Shown here one piece after another: positions 10,712 through 20,990 of a stretch of DNA of 64,000 nucleotides. This DNA comes from Bryobacteraceae bacterium (GTDB lineage Bacteria > Acidobacteriota > Terriglobia > Bryobacterales > Bryobacteraceae). The stretch lies in contig DATJNO010000096.1 of the NCBI GenBank assembly GCA_035508055.1, positions 2,609 through 66,608 of the forward strand. The letters are read 5' to 3'. The translations under genes and the position numbers were made by a program. The first letter of the stretch is position 1; each line of letters opens with the position of its first letter. The notes beneath the pieces were generated by a model. It was not told the DNA's origin. It saw nothing but the letters and a program-made list of their open reading frames with translations, and searched no databases.

Positions 10712-10993
10712 CTACGTCGCCGCCGCAACCGTACGATACAACCAGGTTCTTCCGTCCGGATCTCGCCGCGAGACCACCTCTCCCTCTTTGACCAGCTCAT
10801 CGAGAAACATGGACGCGACGGCACCGTAGGTTCCACTGCCGTACTCTGACCAGAGTCCCAAGGCCTCCTCAATCTGGTTCCGTCCTAGCCAACGGTCCTG
10901 GTTTTCTGCGAGAACCTCGCCGATTGCAGTTTTGATGAGAATCATGCCGGTTTGAGCCTTCTCTTTAGGGCTCAGCTCTGATAGTTGCGACAT
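10712..10993 (-). CDS. hypothetical small protein, possibly winged-helix-like
   Basis: 93-aa ORF. The C-terminal LDELVKEGEVVSRRDPDGRTWLYR resembles a wHTH recognition helix plus wing. I recognise no family. Confidence 0.4.
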   Translation of the reverse strand: MSQLSELSPKEKAQTGMILIKTAIGEVLAENQDRWLGRNQIEEALGLWSEYGSGTYGAVASMFLDELVKEGEVVSRRDPDGRTWLYRTVAAAT

Positions 10994-11164
10994 ACGGTGA
11001 TCCTATCATGCGATGCCGCCGTGGCTTTCGCAGTGGCCGGGGCTTCCCAGCGCTTCGTGTTACACTAAACGTGCTTAACAATTTTGGCATCGTCGCATTA
11101 GTCCGGCCCAACCGCCCTCGTCCGATCCTGCCCCGATTCACGAATTCTAAGAAAAAGGAAAAGC

Positions 11165-11467
11165 ATGAAAAACATTTTTGTAGGAAACCTCAACTTTGGG
11201 GCGACCGAAGCCGCGGTTCGATCTCTGTTCGAGACGTACGGAACCGTCGACCGGGTGAACCTGGTCACCGACCGGGACACCGGACAGGCGCGAGGGTTCG
11301 GATTTGTCGAGATGAGCGTCAGCGCGGATGCCGATCGCGCCATCGCTGAACTGAATGGCAGGGACCTCGACGGCAGGACCCTGAACGTCAATGAAGCTCG
11401 TCCGAAACCGGAGCGTTCATTTGGCGGCGGCGGTGGCGGCGGCCAGCGCCGGAACAATCGCTATTAG
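11165..11467 (+). CDS. RRM-type RNA-binding protein with a Gly-rich tail
   Basis: RNP-2 motif IFVGNL, RNP-1 motif RGFGFVEM, and C-terminal GGGGGGQRRNNRY. The SD-like sequence AAGGAAAAG lies upstream. Confidence 0.85.
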   Translation: MKNIFVGNLNFGATEAAVRSLFETYGTVDRVNLVTDRDTGQARGFGFVEMSVSADADRAIAELNGRDLDGRTLNVNEARPKPERSFGGGGGGGQRRNNRY

Positions 11468-11911
11468 CCGATTCCAACGAGCCGAGGGGCGGCCCCAAGC
11501 GTCGCCTCTTGAAACCATCCGTGGCTGTTTTCCCGCTCGCGATTCACGGTGGAGGGTCAAATGCAACTACTCAGTCGTGTCAAACCGCGACAAGTCTCAA
11601 GCTGCAATTGCGGATCCGATCAGTTGCCAACGGTTGCCCCATTTACGCCCTGTTTACTTCCGCTCATCAGCCTCCGCAATCCCACGCACCGGCGTCCTTC
11701 GAAAAGGAGCCATTGCGAGTAGGCCTGGCTGGCTTAGCGTTGTCGAAGGCGCTTGGCGGCTCGCGGCGGACCCTGGGTGGACCAGCAAGTTCTTCATCGC
11801 CAGCGGATTGCTGTCGCACTGCCAAGTGTGGTTCACAGCTGCGATCCTTATGCGCACATCCTCCCGGGGCCTGAGTACGTGGCTGGAGAAACAACAGTGA
11901 AGGATTCCTCT

Positions 11912-12070
11912 ATGAATGAACCGATCGTGGTGCAGCAACAAACTGGCGAAGCACAGGTAAAGGCCGAGCGACGGCATTTAGTTTGGCGTATCCTTTCCTC
12001 ATTCGGAATGATTGCCGGTGTGGTTGCAGCGGCAACGATGATCGCCCATTGGATGCGGGCAATGCGCTAA
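11912..12070 (+). CDS. hypothetical small membrane protein (52 aa)
   Basis: Internal ATG of ORF 11753..12070, preceded by GAAGGA. It has one hydrophobic helix, FGMIAGVVAAATMIAHW. Confidence 0.3.
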   Translation: MNEPIVVQQQTGEAQVKAERRHLVWRILSSFGMIAGVVAAATMIAHWMRAMR

Positions 12071-12406
12071 GGCTGGACGCACCTCGAACATCGTCCTGCG
12101 ATGGCTGATCCCAAAGGGCGGGTTTTGACTGACCGCCATTGGTCAATTGACCGCAACTGGTCACTGTGCGAAGGCCTTGTCGCCTCCAAACCGATTCCCA
12201 ATCGAGTCGGCTCAACAGATGACGAAGCTGGCTCGACGCGTGCACTGCGGAAGAGTGTCGCCCCATGGATCAACTAGGCCGAAGCAAGTTGACCCGGAAA
12301 GAAAATTGAAAATGTGGAGCAGGTTCGTTCTGGTTGGAGGTGCGATGATCGCGATGTTCCAAGCCTTTCATTCCCGGCAGTTCGCCTTTCGAACGGTGTT
12401 CGCACA

Positions 12407-12676
12407 ATGGCGGAGTTAGCCGGCATCGGTGCATCCGCGGACTGGATAAGCGCCACCCCAAGTCAGGTGGAATGGGCAGAGCGTATCCAGCGCCAGGTTA
12501 ACGCGGAGTTCGATCGTGTGGCGGCGTCATTCCGGGCGATTGCCGGCAAACAGAGTGACGGCAAGCGCGCCGATACGCAAGCCTGGCAGGAAATCGGCGA
12601 CCAGGTGCGGCAGATGATATTTCATGATCCCTGCTACCAGGCGATCCAGAGCAACAGCTCGGCACGACGACGATGA
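12407..12676 (+). CDS. hypothetical protein (89 aa)
   Basis: Internal ATG of ORF 12314..12676. Its composition is plausible for coding sequence, but I recognise no family. Confidence 0.3.
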   Translation: MAELAGIGASADWISATPSQVEWAERIQRQVNAEFDRVAASFRAIAGKQSDGKRADTQAWQEIGDQVRQMIFHDPCYQAIQSNSSARRR

Positions 12677-12712
12677 AACGTCGCATTTCACTTTTGGAGG
12701 CAAACAGCAAGT

Positions 12713-14474
<1,762 letters not shown>

Positions 14475-14478
14475 CGGC

Positions 14479-14670
14479 ATGATCCGAGGCACAGCCGGTC
14501 TATTCTCTGCACGCTGTCCGCATTGTAGATCTGTCGACTTTAGAACAGTAGGCGTTCGAAACGCCATCGAGAGCGCTCTCTACTGGCTCCTCCAACCCTA
14601 TCGGTGCTCCCTTTGTGGTCATCACTTTTTCCTATTTCGATGGCAAGCTCCCGTTGAGGAACCCGTTTAA
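14479..14670 (+). CDS. small zinc-ribbon protein (63 aa)
   Basis: Two CxxC pairs (CPHC..CSLC). It starts 4 nt after the groEL stop. Confidence 0.5.
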   Translation: MIRGTAGLFSARCPHCRSVDFRTVGVRNAIESALYWLLQPYRCSLCGHHFFLFRWQAPVEEPV

Positions 14671-14713
14671 GCGCGAACCGGGATAGCTTTGGTGGGCGCC
14701 CGTGCCCCTCTGC

Positions 14714-16195
14714 ATGACATGGTCCGAGTATCACGAATTTACCAAGCACAGCATTGAATCGCTGAGGCGCGCGCCGCATGTTCTCGACTGGGCGAACATG
14801 CCCGATCCGTTTCGCCAGTACGAGGGCGCGCCCGTACTCGACCTGCCAGCAGATCCACCCATCCTTGAAACGCCGGCACTAGAAGTCCTTCACGATATCC
14901 CGGGTAGTGCGTCTGCCCATGACGGTCCGGCGTTTCTTTCGGAACTGTTGTTCTATTCTGCCGCGATCAGCGCGTCCAAACGTGTTCCCTCCACTGGATA
15001 CCGGTACGCGTTGCGCGTGAATCCGTCCTCCGGGAATCTGCACCCCACCGAGTTGCACTTCCTCACACGCGGGCTGAAGGAATGGCCCGACGGCTTATAT
15101 CATTACCGTCCTTCCGCACACATGGCCGAGCAGCGCGCCCTGGGCGACGTCGGCTGGAAGTGGGCTGGCAGCTCTGCGCCGGTCGTGTTCGTCCTGACGA
15201 GCATTGCGTGGCGCGAGGCGTGGAAGTACCGTGACCGCGCATATCGCTACTGCTTGCATGACATCGGACACGCCTGGCAAGCTCTCGTGCTGGCCGCAAG
15301 CGCCGCCGGGTGCGATAGCACTGCGTTCGGTCACTTTCAGGACGACTCCGTCGCGTCGCTCTGTCGCCTGCATGAAGATGAGTGGCCGATGCTCATTGTG
15401 GAGCTGCGTGGCGGCTCGATCCCAACGAGCGAACCAGCCGCCCGCGAGACTGTTTGGCACGGCGGCGAGGCGAATCAGCTCTCCCGGGAAAGAACCGCTT
15501 ATCCGGGGATTGACGGGATTCACAGCTCCACGAAACTCGGGAACGGCATGTCGCGCGGCATACTCACCGCCGATCCGGCTCCCGTGGGCTCCGGCGAGAT
15601 CAAGCTGCCTCCCCCAGCCGTATCGCGCCTCCCTTTTGGCGAGGTCGTCCGGAAGCGGCGTTCGGCACTCGACTTCGTGGGTGGAATGCGAGCGATGTCG
15701 CTGGCGCAGCTCTCGGCCATCCTTGCTGTAACGGCCGTGCCGCTCTTTGCAGATTTTTCCGGGCCACGTTTCATCCAGCTCTATTTGTACGTTCATCGCG
15801 TCGACGGCCTCGAACCTGGCGTGTACAGATTCTGGCCTGAGCGTGCGGAGTTGGAGCGGATCCAGAGTGGCGACCAGCGTGTCGCGGCTGCTGGACTAAG
15901 CCTGGGGCAGGACCTCGCCGGTAACGCGTGCGTGGCATTCTCGATGATCGGCGATCTGGAGCGTGCCGCCCGCGCCCATGGTGACCGCGGTTATCGCTAT
16001 GTGCACTTCGAAGCAGGCGCCATTGGCCAGCGCCTGTATCTCGCCGCAGAAGCGCTCGGCCTAGGGGCGACCGGAATCGGCGCGTTCTACGATGAGGAGG
16101 TGCACCGCTATCTCAATCTGCAGCCGGAGCAAGGGCAGGTGGTATACCACTTCGCGATCGGCTATCCGGTTCCGGATCCGCGCCTCGAGGCATGA
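14714..16195 (+). CDS. SagB/ThcOx-type two-domain nitroreductase-family dehydrogenase
   Basis: MTWSEYHEFTKHS.. is an N-terminus typical of SagB-type dehydrogenases, and there are two nitroreductase-like halves. An alternative in-frame GTG start lies at 14702. Confidence 0.75.
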   Translation: MTWSEYHEFTKHSIESLRRAPHVLDWANMPDPFRQYEGAPVLDLPADPPILETPALEVLHDIPGSASAHDGPAFLSELLFYSAAISASKRVPSTGYRYALRVNPSSGNLHPTELHFLTRGLKEWPDGLYHYRPSAHMAEQRALGDVGWKWAGSSAPVVFVLTSIAWREAWKYRDRAYRYCLHDIGHAWQALVLAASAAGCDSTAFGHFQDDSVASLCRLHEDEWPMLIVELRGGSIPTSEPAARETVWHGGEANQLSRERTAYPGIDGIHSSTKLGNGMSRGILTADPAPVGSGEIKLPPPAVSRLPFGEVVRKRRSALDFVGGMRAMSLAQLSAILAVTAVPLFADFSGPRFIQLYLYVHRVDGLEPGVYRFWPERAELERIQSGDQRVAAAGLSLGQDLAGNACVAFSMIGDLERAARAHGDRGYRYVHFEAGAIGQRLYLAAEALGLGATGIGAFYDEEVHRYLNLQPEQGQVVYHFAIGYPVPDPRLEA

Positions 16196-16220
16196 TCTCG
16201 CGATGGTTGGCTAACGGCCC

Positions 16221-17372
16221 TCACCCAACAACCTGCTGCGGGAATCGCAGCACCTCCCAGCTCTTCCATAAAGCCATGGGCCAACTGTATGAGCGATAGG
16301 ACAGCCCGTGCTCAGCGCAGAAGGCTTGCACCGCCACGCTGACCTGCGGATAGTAGACGTGGCTGACATTCGGAAATAAGTGATGCTCAACTTGATACTC
16401 GAGACCGGAGCACAGGAATCTGCCTAGCCAGCCCGTTCGGAAACTCACTGTTCCCGCTGTCTGAACAGCGAAAAAATCCGCACCGTTCCGGGCTTCGGCT
16501 GTCGTACGCTGTGCCTCGGCCGGAAAATGTCCGGGCGCTAAGATCGCGTACATTGCGTACCCCAGCAACATGGTTCGCAGAATATAGAATCCGGCAACTG
16601 CCTGTATCGGCCAGAGTAAGAGCGGCACACCGATCCACATCCCATAATGCAGGATCATGGCGCTGAGATCGATCCAGTGCGCGGACTTTCGTCCTTTGGA
16701 ATGGCGGAGCATTCCTATCAGGTGCGTCCAACCGGCCATCTGTATGCTGAAACAATTCAGGGCGAGCGCCAACGGAAACAGCCAGAATTGCAGGCGGTCG
16801 TAATAGACGCGACGCAGGCCGAAGCTGGCGTTAACCTCGTCTGCCGTGATCGCAAACCACGGCAACAGGTCGGCGTCGCCGTCCACTCCGACCACGTTCG
16901 GTGCAGGATGATGCAGAACCACGTGCTTGTGCCACCAGTACGTAGCCGACAGGCCCAGGAACATGGGATAGCCAAAATAGCTTAACGCCTCATTTACCCA
17001 GCGCTTGTCGCTGGTCGCGTAGTGCGTGGAGGTGTGCGTATTGGTCCCCACGCCCATGCACCCGAAAGTCGAGAGCAGAAGCCCCAGCACCTCCAGGGCC
17101 CGATTGTGGCAGGTCAAGAAGATGGCGATGCCTGCCAGCGCGACTGCCACGTGGATCGATAGCTCGAACACGATCCGGTTCGTCGCTTTCTTGTCCCAGC
17201 CGCGGCGGGCGAACTCTCTGCGTAATTCCGTGACTGCTTCGACGGTCGTCACTATGTATAGCTGCAATTCCAGCCTAGCGGGAAGTGAGGCGAAGCGTTG
17301 TAAGACTTGTGTAATTTCATGAACGAATTGCGGTAGCGCGCGCCGCGCGGCAATTCCAGCATAATTGTCCAT
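16221..17372 (-). CDS. membrane fatty-acid desaturase, front-end-like (third His box is QxxHH)
   Basis: His boxes HTSTH, HKHVVLHH and QVEHHLFP, with multiple TM segments. Confidence 0.8.
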   Translation of the reverse strand: MDNYAGIAARRALPQFVHEITQVLQRFASLPARLELQLYIVTTVEAVTELRREFARRGWDKKATNRIVFELSIHVAVALAGIAIFLTCHNRALEVLGLLLSTFGCMGVGTNTHTSTHYATSDKRWVNEALSYFGYPMFLGLSATYWWHKHVVLHHPAPNVVGVDGDADLLPWFAITADEVNASFGLRRVYYDRLQFWLFPLALALNCFSIQMAGWTHLIGMLRHSKGRKSAHWIDLSAMILHYGMWIGVPLLLWPIQAVAGFYILRTMLLGYAMYAILAPGHFPAEAQRTTAEARNGADFFAVQTAGTVSFRTGWLGRFLCSGLEYQVEHHLFPNVSHVYYPQVSVAVQAFCAEHGLSYRSYSWPMALWKSWEVLRFPQQVVG

Positions 17373-17722
17373 TCCGAGCGCGACTAAGCAACCTGGACGC
17401 AGTTGTTATGGAAATCGTCCCGGCACGTCAAGACTATGTCAACGCCGGTTCTCCTTCCGATCCAGCAGCTTGCACCGGATTCGAAGTTGCACCGGTTTGT
17501 AGCGTTATGCCTGCGTTCGATGCAGCAAGATGGCAAACTTTTGGCAAGGTCCTGTCGAGAATGGCCGCCTGCTCCGCCTTCATGACTTCCGTTTCTCGCG
17601 ATCTTGCATGATCCTGCATAGTCTTGTCTAAGGCTCATCGAATATTTTGTCAAACAAATCGTGAAGCTTTGGTCGTCCGCTCAGACGCCGGTCTCGGCCA
17701 GAGTTGAATCCGCTCACTTCCT

Positions 17723-18112
17723 TCAGTGAGCGTGATAATCTGGCACTTCAACCAGGAGGCCCTCGATCATCTGATAGTGCTTCCGATTGAGCGTGACAAG
17801 CGTAAGCGCCTTCTCCATCGCCGTGGCTGCTATCAGGGAATCGAACACGTGGAGCCCGTGCGATTTTGGGTAGGTTTTCAAAAGTTGGTACGCTCCCATT
17901 CCGATGCTGTCGCTGAGCGGGATTACCGGATACGTCGCCAAGAAATTGTCGATGGTAGCAAGTTCCCGCTTGTCTCGTGCACCGACAATGAGCTCCATCG
18001 GGGTGACTTGCGAGAGCGCCCAACGCTCCGGGAGACCGTCGACGTATTTGATTGCGGCCGGCTTGCCGCGCGACACGTCAATCAGCACGTTGCTATCGAT
18101 CAAGAAGGGCAC
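17723..18112 (-). CDS. vapC: PIN-domain toxin VapC
   Basis: MPFLIDSNVLIDV.. with conserved acidic residues. It lies downstream of a small antitoxin gene. Confidence 0.85.
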   Translation of the reverse strand: MPFLIDSNVLIDVSRGKPAAIKYVDGLPERWALSQVTPMELIVGARDKRELATIDNFLATYPVIPLSDSIGMGAYQLLKTYPKSHGLHVFDSLIAATAMEKALTLVTLNRKHYQMIEGLLVEVPDYHAH

Positions 18113-18136
18113 ACAATTGGTGGTGTGGCTCTGAAA

Positions 18137-18358
18137 TCAGCCGTGGAGTTCGCGGCGAAGCCGATTGATGTAATCGACGCTGCCAGCCATGTCCTCGCGG
18201 TCGTTCCACATGCCGGCGAAGGGCGAATCGGCAATTGAGGGCGGCCTATTCGTGGGCGCTTCCGAAGGCAGAAGCACTTCGACGACCGTGCCCTCTTTGA
18301 CCGGCACGTCCTCAAGGGGCTTGAAAACGCCCTTCTCGTATCTCGCGTGGATCGTCAT
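18137..18358 (-). CDS. DUF104/AF2212-like antitoxin
   Basis: Internal Met of ORF 18137..18454: MTIHARYEKGVFKPLEDVPVKEGTVVEVLL. It ends 24 nt upstream of vapC. Confidence 0.7.
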   Translation of the reverse strand: MTIHARYEKGVFKPLEDVPVKEGTVVEVLLPSEAPTNRPPSIADSPFAGMWNDREDMAGSVDYINRLRRELHG

Positions 18359-18610
18359 GAACGTACCCTCAGTAGACTCCGCATCTGCGCTCCTCGAAGC
18401 GTCGGTTGCTGGGCGACGTGAAAGCGCTGCTTGCCAGCACGAAGTGCTCGGCACGTTTTTAGATCCGTTCCGTTTGGTTGGGCCCTCACAGCTACCAATC
18501 CAGTCATCTCAGCATTCGTAAAGCGAGACAGGAGCCTTGGAAGCGAAGTTCGAAGTGGGAAAGCGATTGACGCCCTGAATACACAACGGTTCGAACTCGA
18601 ACCGTGACGT

Positions 18611-19570
18611 CTATGCCGGCGCTGTCGCACTAACTCCTGCCCGGTCGACGGTGTACCCAATGGCATCGTAGCCTTTCAGCCGTCTTTCAAACATTCTGGC
18701 CAGCATCGGCACATTCGGGTCGACGTAATCGTATACCTGCACGACGCGCTTCCCATCGTGGAGGCGATGCAGCCGTCCGACGTACTGCTGCAGGGTGCCT
18801 TTCCACGAGATCGGCAGCGCAAGAAACAGGGTGTCCAGCCGCGCGTCATCAAAGCCTTCGCCAATATAGCTTCCCGTGGCGAGAATCACACGGCTCTCGG
18901 TTTCTGGACTGAGGCCAAGGCCTCAGCCGTAGTTCGGCGCTGCTTTTTGCCCATTCCGCCCTTAAGAACAAAAACGTGCTTTGCAAATCCTTCCACGGCG
19001 GTCACGAAGAATTCCAGATGCTCTTTGCGTCCTGTGAGCAACAAAGGCGACCGTCCCGCTTGCATGGCACTTCGAAGATCAGCCCCGATCATCGCGTTGC
19101 GAGCCGAATCATTGACCAAGGCCGCGTAGACGTCTTGAATAGTCAGGTCCGTCATCTCAGCCGGCATTCGGAAATCCGTGTGCCGCGGGATCACCTTATG
19201 TTCGAAAGGCGTCGTTTGGGTCATCGCGCGTCGGCGTCGCGGTCAGGCCGACTATGTATCGTGCCTTCACCTGCTTCATCACCTGTTCGAAAGTAAAGGC
19301 TGAGATGTGATGGCATTCGTCCACGATAACGTGCCCGTACTCGGCAACGAAGTCCTTCACTTCGTCTTTTCGGTGAAGGCTTTGAATCACAGCAACATCG
19401 ACCAGTCCGGTTCGATCCGATCTCCCACCACCAATCCGTCCGATCGTGTTCGCCGACATCGCGAGAAACATCGCTAACCGTTCATGCCATTGGTCGAGCA
19501 GCTGCCGACGAAGCCGCCCTTCTCCAACTGGCTCAATATACGGGCGGCTCGGGAATCGGAGCAGCAGCGC
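18611..19570 (-). pseudogene. disrupted, 5'-truncated SF2 (DEAH) helicase
   Basis: Three ORF fragments lie in different frames: ..IVDECHHISA..GLTATPTR (19196-19570), TTPFEHKVIPRHTDF.. (18886-19224), and ILATGSYIGEGFDDARLDTLFLALPISWKGTLQQYVGRLHR (18611-18889). Motif I is missing. Confidence 0.75.
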
Positions 19571-19701
19571 ACGGCCACCGGCGCAATTAGAGCCATGGCG
19601 ACGGTAGAGATTGAGAGCCAAAGTGACCCTCTTTCTACACGCATTACCCAAAACTGCCCAAATCTCTCTGGGCTGCGACCTGTAAACTATTGATTCTAAA
19701 G

Positions 19702-19791
19702 TGGCGGAGAGAGAGGGATTCGAACCCTCGATAGAGTTTCCCCTATACACGCTTTCCAAGCGTGCGCCTTCAACCGCTCGGCCATCTCTCC
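19702..19791 (-). tRNA. tRNA-Ser (anticodon GGA), class II with a long variable arm, CCA encoded
   Basis: GGAGAGATGGCCGAGCGGTTGAAGGCGCACGCTTGGAAAGCGTGTATAGGGGAAACTCTATCGAGGGTTCGAATCCCTCTCTCTCCGCCA. The acceptor, anticodon (loop TTGGAAA) and T arms all pair. Confidence 0.93.
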
Positions 19792-19848
19792 GGGTCTGGT
19801 GGATGGCGGCAACGCCGCCCGCGCACTCAGTTTAGCATGGCGACTGCG

Positions 19849-20070
19849 CTAGACCGCATGCCGGCGCGTACGCGAGAGCAGTTCCTCAGCGCGCGCCAGG
19901 GCGCGCTGTTCGGCGTCCTCGCGGGTATCGGCCACCACCCGCGAAAGCGAGGCTCCGGGCGACACGTTGTCGGCTTTGGCGTGCCACTTTTCGCCCAGCT
20001 GGTAGACGGTGAGATTCACCTGCCAGCCGGCGATCTCCAGTTTGCGTTCCGAATAATTTTCGGGCTTCAC
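19849..20070 (-). CDS. hypothetical small protein (73 aa) translationally coupled to the sulfurtransferase gene
   Basis: The GTG start (20070-20068) overlaps the rhodanese TGA stop as GTGA. Sequence: [36 protein letters not shown]... The track ORF 19849..20319 is an over-extension. Confidence 0.45.
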   Translation of the reverse strand: MKPENYSERKLEIAGWQVNLTVYQLGEKWHAKADNVSPGASLSRVVADTREDAEQRALARAEELLSRTRRHAV

Positions 20071-20939
20071 GCCTGCACCGCCAACTTGGCTGCGCCCTTC
20101 TCCACCGGCGCGCCCACCAGGTTGCCCCACTCGGTCCAGGAGCCGTCGTAGTTCTGAACGTTTTTCACGCCCAGCAGATACTTCAGCACGAACCAGGTAT
20201 GGCTGGAGCGCTCGCCGATGCGGCAGTAAGCGATCACGGGAGTAGACTCGCTGACGCCTTCGGCGCCGTACAGCTTTTGGAGATCTTCGATGGATTTGAA
20301 GGTGCCGTCCTCGTTGCAAGCCTTGCCCCAGGGGACGCTATGGGCGCCGGGAATGTGGCCGCCGCGCTGGCACGTTTCGGGCAATCCCGGAGGCGCCAGA
20401 ATCTCGCCGCTGAACTCCTGCGGGCTGCGCACGTCGATCAGGACCGCGCCGTTGGATTTTTGCGCCTGGTGCACCTGCGCCAGGAACGCCCGGATCGAGT
20501 AGTCTGGCCCGGTGGCCTGATAGGGAGCCGGCGAGGGCGTTGCCGTGGAGGGCTTGGTGTCCAGATCGCGTCCTTCCGCGAGCCACTTCTTGCGCCCGCC
20601 ATCCATGATACGCACGTCCTTGTGGCCGTACATTTTCATCTGCCAGAAGGCCCACGCGGCGAACCAGTTGTTATTGTCGCCATACAGCACCACGGTGGTG
20701 TCCTTGCCGATGCCGGACTGTGTCATCAACGCTTCGTACTTGTCCTTCGGCAGGATGTCGCGGACTATGGTGTCGCAGAGCTGCGTGTTCCAGGCCCAGG
20801 CGACGGCGCCCGGCACATGCCCCTCATCGTAGGCTTTCGTATCCACGTCGATTTCCGCGACGCGCACGTTCGGATCCTTGCCGTGAGCCGCAACCCAGTC
20901 GGTGCTCACGAGGACCTCCGGATGCGAGTAATTTCCCAT
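20067..20939 (-). CDS. thiosulfate/3-mercaptopyruvate sulfurtransferase (tandem rhodanese domains)
   Basis: MGNYSHPEVLVSTDWVAAH.., active-site loop YCRIGERSSHTW. Start chosen at Met10 of the ORF. Confidence 0.85.
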   Translation of the reverse strand: MGNYSHPEVLVSTDWVAAHGKDPNVRVAEIDVDTKAYDEGHVPGAVAWAWNTQLCDTIVRDILPKDKYEALMTQSGIGKDTTVVLYGDNNNWFAAWAFWQMKMYGHKDVRIMDGGRKKWLAEGRDLDTKPSTATPSPAPYQATGPDYSIRAFLAQVHQAQKSNGAVLIDVRSPQEFSGEILAPPGLPETCQRGGHIPGAHSVPWGKACNEDGTFKSIEDLQKLYGAEGVSESTPVIAYCRIGERSSHTWFVLKYLLGVKNVQNYDGSWTEWGNLVGAPVEKGAAKLAVQA

Positions 20940-20990
20940 GCTTTCTGATTCCCTCCAGCCTCCCAATTTTAGCAGCCCCGGCCGCTGCGT

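Noticed and set aside
12640-12712. CIRCE operator or a sigma54 -24/-12 promoter upstream of groES (TGGAGGCAAACAGCAAG)
   Set aside because: No TTAGCACTC/GAGTGCTAA half-sites are visible. The TGG..GC spacing is off by one, and the GGAGG is better explained as the groES Shine-Dalgarno sequence.
14479-16195. Reading the zinc-ribbon peptide plus SagB-type dehydrogenase as a thiazole/oxazole RiPP (TOMM) cluster
   Set aside because: No YcaO cyclodehydratase, docking protein, protease or transporter lies nearby. The 63-aa protein looks like a structural 4-Cys zinc ribbon rather than a leader-core precursor.
19571-19759. N-terminal part of ORF 19196..19759, which reads through the tRNA-Ser gene
   Set aside because: It overlaps a well-formed tRNA. 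Helicase homology begins only downstream of about 19570, so the upstream part is a fortuitous open frame.
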